Shown: positions 9,361-18,921 of the stretch, piece by piece
How the letters are laid out: each line of letters begins with the position of its first letter
Position numbering within the stretch: position 1 is the stretch's first letter
Assembly (NCBI GenBank): GCA_035455165.1
Contig: DATIFP010000214.1
Span: 2,571 to 66,570, forward strand
Direction: 5' to 3'
Length of the DNA: 64,000 nt
DNA from: Blastocatellia bacterium
GTDB lineage: Bacteria > Acidobacteriota > Blastocatellia > UBA7656
The notes under the pieces: model-generated
The model's database searches: none
Told to the model about the DNA's origin: nothing
What the model saw: the letters and a program-made list of their open reading frames with translations, nothing else
Program-made: the position numbers and the translations under genes

Positions 9361-10296
9361 ATGGATTTTGGCATTGATATTCCGGCCCCCAAAGCTTTTG
9401 ACGCCGTCGCTCTTGGGCTCAACGCGATTGATCATCTGATCGTCGTTCCTCGCTTCCCCGAATTCAACAGCAAAATGCCCTTCCTTTCGCACACGCTCGC
9501 TCCCGGGGGGCAGTGCGCCACCGCAATGGTCGCGCTGGCTCGGTTGGGAATGCGGGCACGCTATATCGGCAAAGTCGGCTCGGACGACATCGGCCGCGTG
9601 CAGCTCGATTCGATAGCGTCCGAGGGTGTCGACTGCAGCAGAGTCGATGTTGTCGAGGGGGCCGAGACTCAAACTGCATTTATCATCGTCGATCAACAGA
9701 GCGGCGAAAGGACGATCCTGTGGCACCGCGATGAGCGCCTGACTATGACTCCCGATGAGGTCGATGGCGAAGCAGTGACCTCCGGCAGGGTGCTTCTTCT
9801 GGACGGCCACGATGTTGAAGCTTCGATCGCCGCAGCTGCATTTGCTCGCGAGGCAGGCGTTCCTACGGTGCTCGACATCGACAATGCTTATCCCCGATTC
9901 GAAGAGCTGCTTCCTCTGATTGATTTCATCGTGTGCTCCAGCAACTTTGCCGAGCGAGTGACCGGAGAGGCGGACATTCGCGCAGGACTCAAGAGGTTGA
10001 GTGACAACACGCAGGCTTCATTCGTTGCCGCAACCCTCGGCCGCGAAGGAGCGCTTGCCCTTTTCAAAGGCCGTTACATTCATTCGCCCGCCTTTGAGAT
10101 CGATTGCAAAGACACAACAGGCGCGGGGGATGCGTTTCACGGTGGTTTCATCTACGGGCTACTCGCAGGATTGTCGGTTGAAGGCACTCTTAGGTTTGCC
10201 AACGCAGTGGCCGGATTGAACTGCCGCTCAATTGGAGCTCGTACAGCCCTGCCAACTCTCGGCGAGGTGAATGCGCTGCTATCCGAGGCATCATAG
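9361..10296 (+). CDS. PfkB family carbohydrate kinase (ribokinase-like)
   Basis: Ribokinase-family signature DTTGAGDAFHGGFIYGLL near the C-terminus, with an N-terminal sugar-binding region. Confidence 0.85.
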   Translation: MDFGIDIPAPKAFDAVALGLNAIDHLIVVPRFPEFNSKMPFLSHTLAPGGQCATAMVALARLGMRARYIGKVGSDDIGRVQLDSIASEGVDCSRVDVVEGAETQTAFIIVDQQSGERTILWHRDERLTMTPDEVDGEAVTSGRVLLLDGHDVEASIAAAAFAREAGVPTVLDIDNAYPRFEELLPLIDFIVCSSNFAERVTGEADIRAGLKRLSDNTQASFVAATLGREGALALFKGRYIHSPAFEIDCKDTTGAGDAFHGGFIYGLLAGLSVEGTLRFANAVAGLNCRSIGARTALPTLGEVNALLSEAS

Positions 10297-10416
10297 ACCT
10301 CAGTCTGTGCCCAGTTCCAACACCATTACGAAAGATCGGAGTTCCTGTTAGCGGGCAAGCGTCGAGTCGCGCATGTCTACATACCGCGTCAACTCTATGC
10401 GTACTCGAACGTTCTG

Positions 10417-10446
10417 TTGACGCACGAAATTGGTGTCGGCTAACAT
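10417..10446 (+). promoter_or_regulatory. Putative sigma70-type promoter for tRNA-Lys (TTGACG-N18-TAACAT)
   Basis: -35 TTGACG at 10417-10422 and -10 TAACAT at 10441-10446. The tRNA 5' end lies 15 nt downstream. Confidence 0.4.
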
Positions 10447-10459
10447 CCGAGTGTAGCAA

Positions 10460-10534
<75 letters not shown>

Positions 10535-10725
10535 TTTTGGATTCATTGGAGCTGCCGGAATGGTAGCCCACGACGAAGGCAGCCGATAAAATTGTGCTAC
10601 ATCAGAGCCGGGAAGCCCAAACTCGACTCTCTCGTCGCCCGACCCGCCGCAGGCCAACAGACGTCCTTGCGAACGCGATCGCTTCGGCAGCAAAGGTCAG
10701 CGAATCTGCAACCAATGGAGGATGC

Positions 10726-11511
10726 ATGGAGACGCCAGTTATTCCTGGCCACATAGTGTCTGTCCACGATATTGAGATGTACTATGAGACTTGTGGAGAC
10801 GGCGAGCCGCTGCTCTTGTTGCACGGCGGCGGCGGAATCGGCGCGAACTGGAACCTGATATTCCCCGCACCTCCCCCGCGATATCGCCTGATCATTCCCG
10901 ATCTGCGGGGCCACGGAAGATCCACCAATCCATCCGGGCAGTTCACGTTACGACAGGTAGCGTTGGACGTGTTTGCTTTACTCGATCTCTTGGGCATCGA
11001 GCGATGCAAAGCCATTGGCCTGAGCCTCGGAGCAAAAGCCCTGCTTCATCTGGCAACCCAACAGCCGGGCCGGATCAAAGCGATGGTACTGGTGAGTGCG
11101 ACCCCCTACTTTCCACCGGAGGCGCGCGCGGCGATGGCTGCGCTGACTGCGGAAGACAAGTCCGAGGCTGAGTGGAACCAGATGCGACAATGGCACCAGC
11201 GTGGCGACGAACAAATCCTGGCGCTCTGGCGAAACATGCATGCATTGAAGGATAGCTATGACGATATGAACTTCACGCCCCCATACTTATCGACCATTAC
11301 CGCACGGACTCTGATTGTGCATGGTGACCGGGACCCCCTCTATCCGGTAAGAGTTGCGCTGGAAATGTACGAGGCTATTCCTCAGGCATCCCTTTGGGTG
11401 ATTCCAAATGGCGGTCACGGGCCAATCTTCGCCGAACACATCGGCGCCGGCGAGACGACCAAACACTTTGCGGAGGTCGCGCTGGCCTTTCTGGGCGCTG
11501 AAACAAATTGA
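10726..11511 (+). CDS. Alpha/beta hydrolase fold protein
   Basis: Start at METPVIPGH (ATG 10726, GGAGG upstream). Nucleophile elbow GLSLG. HGDRDPLYP and GGHGP motifs typical of AB-hydrolases. Confidence 0.8.
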   Translation: METPVIPGHIVSVHDIEMYYETCGDGEPLLLLHGGGGIGANWNLIFPAPPPRYRLIIPDLRGHGRSTNPSGQFTLRQVALDVFALLDLLGIERCKAIGLSLGAKALLHLATQQPGRIKAMVLVSATPYFPPEARAAMAALTAEDKSEAEWNQMRQWHQRGDEQILALWRNMHALKDSYDDMNFTPPYLSTITARTLIVHGDRDPLYPVRVALEMYEAIPQASLWVIPNGGHGPIFAEHIGAGETTKHFAEVALAFLGAETN

Positions 11512-11535
11512 GAGCACCATAACTGGTCATTTAAC

Positions 11536-13035
11536 TTGTCGCCGAACACTGAGATGCACGAGCACATCTATCCTTCCCTATATCAAATCAACACGCGCGT
11601 GTTGTTGACGGATATCTGTAGAGTTCTAAATCGACCGGCCACGCTGGATGACATCCCGGACGAAGAGCTCGATCGCGTGGCCGCGATGGGTTTTGACTGG
11701 GTGTGGCTCATGAGCGTGTGGCAGACAGGCCTGGCAGGCCAACAATTCTCACGCAGTGATCCGGAATTGCGGAGGGAATTCGAGGAGACGCTGCCCGACC
11801 TGCGAGAGGAGGATATCGCCGGCTCCGGCTTCGCCATCACCGACTACGTTGTTCATCGCGATTTGGGAGGCGATGGGGCGTTGGCCAGGTTGCGCGAGCG
11901 TCTGGGCAAGCGCGGGCTTCGCCTGATGCTCGATTTCGTCGCTAACCATACCGCTCTGGATCATCCGTGGGTGGAGGATCACCCCGAGTACTACGTTACC
12001 GCAACCGAAGCGGACCTTGCTCGTGCCCCACAGAACTACCTCCAGGTGAAACGAGTGAGTGGCGACCTTGTCCTTGCTCACGGACGAGATCCCTGTTTCC
12101 CCGGATGGTCTGACACTCTGCAACTGAACTACGGTAACCCGGCCCTGCAGGAAGCGATGATCGCGGAGCTTCGGAAGATCGCCCGACAGTGCGACGGCGT
12201 GCGCTGCGATATGGCCATGCTGATGCTGCCCGAGGTCTTCGAACGGACGTGGGGCATTCACGCGCCTCCTTTCTGGCCGCCAGCGACGAGCTCGGTGCGC
12301 GAGATTTTTCCTGGGTTCACCTTCATGGCCGAGGTCTACTGGGACCTTGAATGGACGATACAGCAACAGGGCTTTGATTACGCATACGACAAGCGGCTTT
12401 ATGACCGCCTGCGCGATGGACAGGCTCGGCCGATACGCGAACATCTCCAGGCGGGACTCCACTACCAGAACAAGTTGGTGCGTTTCCTGGAGAATCACGA
12501 CGAAGCGCGCGCAGCCGCCACGTTCTCCCCGGAAGTTCATCGGGCCGCGGCGGTCGTCACCTTTCTGTCCCCCGGTCTGCGATTTTTCCATCAAGGGCAA
12601 TTAGAGGGACGAACCAGGCACGTATCCCCACATCTTCGCCGCGCTCCGTCCGAACCCGTCGATCTGAATCTTCAACTTTTTTACGAGCAGCTTCTCGGAG
12701 TTCTTCGTCGCCCAGTTGTTCGCGATGGCGATTGGCAATTGCTCGCATGTTCAGCGGCCTGGGAGGGAAACTGGACCTGGAACTGCTTTGTTGCATTTGC
12801 GTGGCAAGGCATCGGTGACGAGCGGCTGCTTGTAACGGTCAACTACGCTCCGAACCAGAGCCAGTGTTACGTTCGGCTGCCGTTTGAAGATCTGCGGAGT
12901 CAAGAATGGCGGCTTGTTGATTTGATCGGTAGCTGTGCGTGTGTGCGCGACGGCGGCGATTTGCAGGTACGCGGACTCTATCTGGATGTGCCTCCCTGGA
13001 ATGCTTCGGTATTCTCGATGACCAGACAACCCTGA
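11536..13035 (+). CDS. Glycoside hydrolase family 13-like (alpha-amylase family) protein
   Basis: DFVANHTALDHPWV matches GH13 conserved region II (DxVxNH). The first codon is TTG (11536), with an alternative ATG at 11554. Confidence 0.75.
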   Translation: MSPNTEMHEHIYPSLYQINTRVLLTDICRVLNRPATLDDIPDEELDRVAAMGFDWVWLMSVWQTGLAGQQFSRSDPELRREFEETLPDLREEDIAGSGFAITDYVVHRDLGGDGALARLRERLGKRGLRLMLDFVANHTALDHPWVEDHPEYYVTATEADLARAPQNYLQVKRVSGDLVLAHGRDPCFPGWSDTLQLNYGNPALQEAMIAELRKIARQCDGVRCDMAMLMLPEVFERTWGIHAPPFWPPATSSVREIFPGFTFMAEVYWDLEWTIQQQGFDYAYDKRLYDRLRDGQARPIREHLQAGLHYQNKLVRFLENHDEARAAATFSPEVHRAAAVVTFLSPGLRFFHQGQLEGRTRHVSPHLRRAPSEPVDLNLQLFYEQLLGVLRRPVVRDGDWQLLACSAAWEGNWTWNCFVAFAWQGIGDERLLVTVNYAPNQSQCYVRLPFEDLRSQEWRLVDLIGSCACVRDGGDLQVRGLYLDVPPWNASVFSMTRQP

Positions 13036-13303
13036 CGCAAGGGGATAGGGCAGCCCTTTCTTCTCTCTGCGAAACCTCTGTAAGCTCTGCGTCTCTGCGG
13101 AGAACCCTCAAGGCGAATGGAACTCTACCGCAGAGACGCCGAGCTCGCAGAGGCCGCGCAGAGAGCGCAGCGGATCGCTTTCTTGCGAATCCGTTGAGAA
13201 CGTGTGTATTCTTGTTGCTCGATGTTTCCCGAGCATTCACCCGCTGAAGCCTCTGACCTGCGGGGCGCAAGTTCGAGGACCAAAGGGCTCACTTGCTCAG
13301 ATC

Positions 13304-13379
13304 GACTCGTTCGTCTAGGGGCCTAGGACACCGCCCTTTCACGGCGGTAACACGGGTTCAAATCCCGTACGAGTCACCA
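13304..13379 (+). tRNA. tRNA-Glu (anticodon UUC)
   Basis: Acceptor GACTCGT/ACGAGTC. D-region TCGTCTAGGGGCCTAGGACA and anticodon loop CTTTCAC closely match canonical bacterial tRNA-Glu. Encoded CCA. Confidence 0.9.
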
Positions 13380-13505
13380 CTTTCCTATATAGCATCGTCC
13401 ATCAAGCGCCGCAGATCGTTTGCCCCAGCCAGAGTTTGGAACTAACCTTTGCTCGAAGAATTTGATTGAATGAACAGAGCAGATATCCGAAGGAGCAGCA
13501 ATGGA

Positions 13506-14396
13506 ATGAGGCACCACCTACTGAGCTTGTTACTAGTAATCACGGCGGCGATCGCATGTTCCGCATCGAGCGTTACCGCGAAAGCTAATGCACAGGAGTC
13601 ATCCACAAGGCCCCGTCGCGCGCCAGAGCAACAAGTCTCAAGCGAAGCGCGCTACGTTGTGCAACTCGGAGCTTCGTTCAGCACCGCCGAGAAGGCCAAT
13701 GAGCTGACTTCGCGATTGCAGCGCAAGTATCCGAACGCACACACCGAGAGCCCAAGCGCGTCTGAGACACTTTATCGCGTCCGTATAGGTCCCTATGACA
13801 CCCGCGAAGATGCCCAGCAGACGGCAATCGAACTCGAGAGCCAGGGATTCAAAGGAGTGACAATCCTCCCGTGGAGGCAGTCGTCACGAAAGCCCGCGTC
13901 AGAACAAGTCGAGAAACCGGTATCGACGAACCCGAGTCTGGAGCTGGAGGACGCGATGCGCCGCGCGATAAGCGACCTTTCGACTCAGATCGGATTGCTC
14001 GCCGACGAGATGCGAAAGCTGAGGGGCGATACCGAACGCAACTCGAGCATGATTGAGCTGCTGCTCAACGAAGATCGACTGGCGAAGGTGGAGGATAGAA
14101 TCCAGGATGCCTCCAACAACAAGGAACAGCTCGACGCTCGCGAGCAGGAGATTCAGCGCCGTATGCGGAATATTCCGGCCGAGGCCGCCCTCCGCGGCGG
14201 ACGCCGCGAGGAAGTGGAGGCCGCGCTACGCAGCGAGTTTCAGCGAGCGCTCGACGATACGCGAGCCCAACAAGCGGGTAATCAGCAACGTCTAGCCGAA
14301 CTAGTCGATCAGTCTGCGCGGCTGCGGACGCGACTGGAAAGCCTTCGAAAGAGGTTGGAACAAACAGACGTAAAGACGGACAAGGAGAAGGAGTGA
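13506..14396 (+). CDS. SPOR domain-containing protein with C-terminal coiled coil
   Basis: ATG 13506 (GAAGGAG upstream). Signal peptide. RYVVQLGASFSTAEKANELTSRLQRKYP...YRVRIGPYDTREDAQQT matches the SPOR peptidoglycan-binding fold pattern. Confidence 0.7.
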   Translation: MRHHLLSLLLVITAAIACSASSVTAKANAQESSTRPRRAPEQQVSSEARYVVQLGASFSTAEKANELTSRLQRKYPNAHTESPSASETLYRVRIGPYDTREDAQQTAIELESQGFKGVTILPWRQSSRKPASEQVEKPVSTNPSLELEDAMRRAISDLSTQIGLLADEMRKLRGDTERNSSMIELLLNEDRLAKVEDRIQDASNNKEQLDAREQEIQRRMRNIPAEAALRGGRREEVEAALRSEFQRALDDTRAQQAGNQQRLAELVDQSARLRTRLESLRKRLEQTDVKTDKEKE

Positions 14397-15143
14397 GCTT
14401 TGCGGGCAATCTCAAGCGCAAGAATATAAGCCGCCGACGACCTTTTGATCGTCGGCGGCTCGATAAGTTCTCACGTAGAGCCACGCCCCCTTGTGCCTAT
14501 ACGTTTCGAACTCTTGTACTGTCTGTCGCTTCTCTCAGTGTTGCTTACTACTTCGATGCTGTCAGATTGGCCTGCTCGCCTCTCGTGACATCGCTTTGAA
14601 TGGAAGGCAGGGCCCCCATCCTCCCTTCCATTCTCAGCATTAGTTCTGCATCCCGCAGTTTTGCTCTGAGCAGAAGAGGTTTCTATTTCCAACTGTCGAA
14701 CTGCTAGAACCGTGTGCTGCTTGAGCAACGGCTGTGCCAGCACCATTTGCGAGCGGTCCCTTGCGGGCCGACCCACCTTTACATTTTTCGATTAGCGACC
14801 GAGCCTTGAGAAACAACTTTAGTCCAGTAGGTGCCATGAGGCCCGATGAGTGCCAAATTCCGTCAGCATGGTACTCACAAATTGTGTCATCCGTCACCTT
14901 TGCGATGCCCCAAAGCCGGAGCAATCGAGGTCACAGCTTTGAAAAACGAACCGGCAGGTCATTGCGGCTTGCGCGATTTGGCAATCGGTCAGTGACATTC
15001 GAGGGTCCGTGCTCTTTTTTGTCGGTCTTCTTCGGGCAGTGCGCCCCCAAATGGCGTTCCGTCGAACCAACGACCGGCTGGCGGTTGCGACCCGCTTCTC
15101 TTAACCGGATAATTGCGACTTAATCTTTGAAAGGAGAACATCA

Positions 15144-15599
15144 ATGGCGGGTCCAGAAACCGAACGATTTGTGAAGAGTTGGAACCGAATCCACAAGGAG
15201 ACATCGCGCGTTCTGAAGGCGGCACCCGACGGCAAACTCGACTGGCGACCCAAAGATGACATGTTTACGCTACGAGAGTTGATCGGCCATATCCCGCAGG
15301 CGGAGGACGTGCTCGCGCGTTCGGCCCTTGCGGGGTCCCCTCAGAAAACTCGGTTCGATTTCTCGAATCGCAGCGCGGCGGAAATCACTGACATGTTCGA
15401 CGCGCAGCATGAGGAACTCGTCAGTCAGGTGTCGCAGCTCACCGCCGACCAATTGAACGAAGAAGTCGAGTTTCATAGTAGGCGCATGCGCCGGATTCTG
15501 CTCTTGTGGTTCATGACCGAGCACGAGATACATCACAGAGGTCAATTGTTTGTCTATTATCGTCTGGCCGGAATAGAGCCGCCGAATATGCACGAGTAA
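15144..15599 (+). CDS. DinB/YfiT-like (DinB_2) metal-dependent hydrolase family protein
   Basis: AAGGAG RBS. DinB_2 motif (LIGHIPQAED) and the C-terminal HEIHHRGQLFVYYRL. Confidence 0.8.
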   Translation: MAGPETERFVKSWNRIHKETSRVLKAAPDGKLDWRPKDDMFTLRELIGHIPQAEDVLARSALAGSPQKTRFDFSNRSAAEITDMFDAQHEELVSQVSQLTADQLNEEVEFHSRRMRRILLLWFMTEHEIHHRGQLFVYYRLAGIEPPNMHE

Positions 15600-15600
15600 G

Positions 15601-16122
15601 ATGGTGAACAGGACATCACGGGGAAATCAGGGCAACAGGCGAACGGGCGAACGCAAGCGAGGCCGGGCGGCCGCGTCACCCCTTCGCATAACCGACAAGT
15701 TCGACAAGGTTTTTGAGAAGATCTACAGGCTTGTTCTACGCATACCGCGCGGGCGCGTCATGACCTACGGACAGATCGCGCGTTTGCTTGAAGAACGTTA
15801 TAGCCCGAGGCTCGTTGGCTGGGCCATGCACGCGACGCCAAAGGACGACCGCAATATTCCCTGGCACCGGGTCATCAATTCGCGAGGCGGCATTTCGACC
15901 GGTCGGGTGATTCTGACTCAGCCCGACGTCCAGCAGTTGCTGCTCGAGGCCGAGGGCGTGCTGTTCGATGAGCGCGGCCATTGCGATCTGAGCGTTTACC
16001 AGTGGTCTCCGAGGCAGCGCACGACCCGCGCAAAGCTCAACGCGTTACGAAAGAAGGCGGCTAAGAGCCATGCCACAACAAAGCCGAGGCCCTCGACAAA
16101 GACAAAGACGAGAGAAAGATAA
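15601..16122 (+). CDS. Alkyltransferase-like protein (MGMT-family DNA-binding domain, active-site Cys replaced by Trp)
   Basis: MTYGQIARLL...IPWHRVINS. The PCHRV alkyl-acceptor motif reads PWHRV, as in E. coli YbaZ/Atl. The ATG overlaps the previous stop (TAAGATG). Confidence 0.8.
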   Translation: MVNRTSRGNQGNRRTGERKRGRAAASPLRITDKFDKVFEKIYRLVLRIPRGRVMTYGQIARLLEERYSPRLVGWAMHATPKDDRNIPWHRVINSRGGISTGRVILTQPDVQQLLLEAEGVLFDERGHCDLSVYQWSPRQRTTRAKLNALRKKAAKSHATTKPRPSTKTKTRER

Positions 16123-16125
16123 CGA

Positions 16126-16548
16126 ATGGAAATCACGCCCGAAAGATTGCGATTGATACGCGAAAAGTTCGAAAGCAATCACTTTCCGAGATCGCTGGGC
16201 ATCGAGCTGGATTCGATTGAACAGGGCGCAGCTCGGTTGAGTCTGGAAGTCAAGCCGCAACACCTGCAGCTTGCAGGCGTGATGCACGGCGGCGCGATCG
16301 CAACCCTGATTGATACCGCGGTGGCCTTCGCGATAGTCGGCGCTTCACATCTCGGAGCGCGGTTCACCACGATCGAAATGAAAGTGAATTATCTCAGCCC
16401 CATCCGCGAGGGTCGAATAGTCGCGGAGGCCAAGTTGATTCGTGACGGAAGGCGAATCGTAGTTGCGGAGTGTGACGTCCTCGATTCGCGGGGCCGGCTC
16501 ACGGCGAAAGGGCTGTTGACCTACATGCGCCTCGACGAGGCGATGTAG
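16126..16548 (+). CDS. PaaI/YbgC-type hotdog-fold thioesterase
   Basis: GVMHGGAIATLIDTAVAFAI hotdog thioesterase signature. 140 aa. Confidence 0.8.
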   Translation: MEITPERLRLIREKFESNHFPRSLGIELDSIEQGAARLSLEVKPQHLQLAGVMHGGAIATLIDTAVAFAIVGASHLGARFTTIEMKVNYLSPIREGRIVAEAKLIRDGRRIVVAECDVLDSRGRLTAKGLLTYMRLDEAM

Positions 16549-16765
16549 CATGGACTTGAAACCTGGGAGCGCACGCGGCTCGCGCGCCTGTCATAAATCG
16601 CATGCCATTCCAGCACGCGGGCCGCGTGCGGTCCCAGGTACGAGGTATGTGCCCCTTCCTTTCACCCGACGACAAGCGTCGGTACAATAACTCGTGGCGG
16701 GTGCGTTGCGGCCCGCCAATCTCTTATGACCCGGCAACGCCAACTTCGAACCTTGCAGGACCGTT

Positions 16766-18508
16766 ATGACACCGCTCGGTAAGCTCATAAGCTACTTCGC
16801 ACCATACAGACGCATACTGATCTTCGGCGTCGTGTGTGTCTTCATGACGAATCTTGTGCGGCTCACGGCTCCGCTGGTCCTGCGCAATGCCGTCGACGAA
16901 CTCGCCGCGGGGGTTACGCACGCGCGGCTGCTCGAATACGCCGGACTGCTGATTCTGATAGCGCTCGGGCAAGGCGTCTTTCTTTTTACACAGCGTCGCC
17001 TGCTGATCAACATGTCGCGCGACATCGAATACGACTTGCGCAACGATTTCTACGAGCACTTGCAAAAGCTTCCGTTCGAGTTCTATCAGACGCATCGTAC
17101 GGGAGATTTGATGGCGCGCGCGACCAACGATCTTTCGGCGGTGAGAATGATCGTCGGACCCGCGCTGATGTACTCAATGAACACGGTGTTCGCGATGGCG
17201 TTGATCGTGCCGCTGATGGCGGCTATCAGCTGGCGGCTGACATTGCTCGCGTTTCTCTCAATGCCGCTGGTTGCTACCGCGACGAACTACTTTTCAAAGC
17301 GCATACACGATCGGTTCGAAAAAGTGCAGGAGTATTTCGGCACCGTTTCGAACCGGGCACAGGAATCACTGGCCGGCGTTCGCGTGATCCGAGCCTACAC
17401 ACAGGAGCGAGCGGAGATCGAGAGCTTTAAACACGTCAACCGCGAGTTCGTCGACCGCAACCTGAAGCTCATCCGTTTGTCAGGAGTCTTCCATCCGATA
17501 TTGCAGTTCTTCATCGGGCTCGGGTTCATCGCCGTGTTGTGGTACGGCGGGAGCCTGGTCATCGGCGGCGCAATCAGCATCGGGCAGTTCGTTCAGTTCA
17601 CGCTGTATCTTGGCTACCTGGTCTGGCCGATGATCGCGCTCGGCTGGGTGATCAATATCTTCCAACGCGGGATGGCTTCGATGGGCCGCATGCACAAGAT
17701 AATGTCAATCGAACCCGCGATTCGTGATACCGATCAAGCTTTGGCCATCGCTGGAATCGACGGCGAGATCGAGTTTCGCGACCTGACTTTCACGTATGGC
17801 GGAGCAAGCGAGCCAGCCTTGAGAGACATCAACCTGCACATCGAGCCCGGCCAGACGGTCGCGTTTGTCGGAGCAGTCGGGTCCGGAAAATCGACACTGA
17901 TGAATCTGATCGCTCGGTTGCTGGACGCCCCACCAGGACAAGTCTTGATCGACGGCCGTCCGATTCGCGAGATCCCGCTCGGCGTGTTGCGCAGCTCGAT
18001 CGGCTACGTCCCGCAGGAGACGTTTTTGTTCAGCGAAACCGTCGCCGAGAACATCGCATTCGGGGTGGAGAGAGCGACCGGCGAAGAAATCGAGCGCGCG
18101 GCTACCGAAGCCGGAATCGCGGAAGATATCCTCGAGTTCCCGCGGGGGTTCGAGACATTGGTTGGGGAACGCGGAATCACGCTTTCAGGCGGACAGAAGC
18201 AGCGAACGGCAATCGCTCGGGCGTTGATACGCCGGCCTCGAATTCTAATCCTGGACGACGCGTTGTCCTCGGTCGATACCTACACCGAAGAGAGAATCCT
18301 CGGCCACCTCCGGCGAATAATGATCGGCCGGACGAGTTTGATCGTCTCTCATCGGGTTTCGACGGTGAAGGACGCCGATTTGATCGTCGTTCTTGAAGAC
18401 GGCCGCATTGCCGAGCGCGGCACACATGATTCGTTGATCGATCGTGGCGGGCTTTATGCAGAGTTATATGAGAAGCAATTGTTGGAAGAAGAGCTGGCCG
18501 CGAGCTAG
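16766..18508 (+). CDS. ABC exporter, fused permease/ATP-binding subunit (MsbA/Mdl-like half transporter)
   Basis: Six predicted TM helices followed by Walker A (GAVGSGKST), ABC signature (LSGGQKQR) and Walker B (ILILDD). Confidence 0.9.
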   Translation: MTPLGKLISYFAPYRRILIFGVVCVFMTNLVRLTAPLVLRNAVDELAAGVTHARLLEYAGLLILIALGQGVFLFTQRRLLINMSRDIEYDLRNDFYEHLQKLPFEFYQTHRTGDLMARATNDLSAVRMIVGPALMYSMNTVFAMALIVPLMAAISWRLTLLAFLSMPLVATATNYFSKRIHDRFEKVQEYFGTVSNRAQESLAGVRVIRAYTQERAEIESFKHVNREFVDRNLKLIRLSGVFHPILQFFIGLGFIAVLWYGGSLVIGGAISIGQFVQFTLYLGYLVWPMIALGWVINIFQRGMASMGRMHKIMSIEPAIRDTDQALAIAGIDGEIEFRDLTFTYGGASEPALRDINLHIEPGQTVAFVGAVGSGKSTLMNLIARLLDAPPGQVLIDGRPIREIPLGVLRSSIGYVPQETFLFSETVAENIAFGVERATGEEIERAATEAGIAEDILEFPRGFETLVGERGITLSGGQKQRTAIARALIRRPRILILDDALSSVDTYTEERILGHLRRIMIGRTSLIVSHRVSTVKDADLIVVLEDGRIAERGTHDSLIDRGGLYAELYEKQLLEEELAAS

Positions 18509-18529
18509 CGTCCGGAGGAGTTCAGACTT

Positions 18530-18910
18530 ATGGGGACGTTTTACATTCGGTGCAAAGTTGAGAACATCACTGATAGAGCGCGCGCCGCAGTCGTTCCAAA
18601 GCTGCTGGTTGATACCGGGAGCGACTATACGTGGATCCCTGCAGCCACTCTTGAAAGGTTAGGTGTTGCTACGGAGAAGAAGGACTTGCCTTTTGTTATG
18701 GCAAACGGTCAACAAATAACTCGCAGCGTCGGCTTCGCGATTATCCGCTTCGACAAGTACTTCACGGTTGATGAAGTTGTATTCGCCGAAAAGGGCGATC
18801 TGGCGATTCTCGGCGCTCGAACGCTCGAAGGCCTTAACCTCGCGGTGGACTCGAAACGCAAGCGGCTTGTCGCCGCTGGTCCGCATCTTGCGGCTGTGAC
18901 CGCTGATTAG
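18530..18910 (+). CDS. Retropepsin-like (clan AA) aspartic protease domain protein
   Basis: GGAGGAG RBS 9 nt upstream. [13 protein letters not shown] matches the hydrophobic-hydrophobic-D-T/S-G-A/S active-site motif of bacterial retropepsin-like proteases. 126 aa, single lobe. Confidence 0.65.
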   Translation: MGTFYIRCKVENITDRARAAVVPKLLVDTGSDYTWIPAATLERLGVATEKKDLPFVMANGQQITRSVGFAIIRFDKYFTVDEVVFAEKGDLAILGARTLEGLNLAVDSKRKRLVAAGPHLAAVTAD

Positions 18911-18921
18911 CTTTTGATTTC

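Noticed and set aside
11749-12600. 283-aa ORF antisense to the GH13 gene
   Set aside because: The sense strand carries the GH13 DFVANH motif. The antisense product is Arg-rich low complexity.
14734-15123. 129-aa ORF in the ORF-poor gap, as a possible CDS
   Set aside because: It has no RBS, an odd composition and overlapping alternatives on both strands. The region is treated as non-coding or a possible ncRNA.
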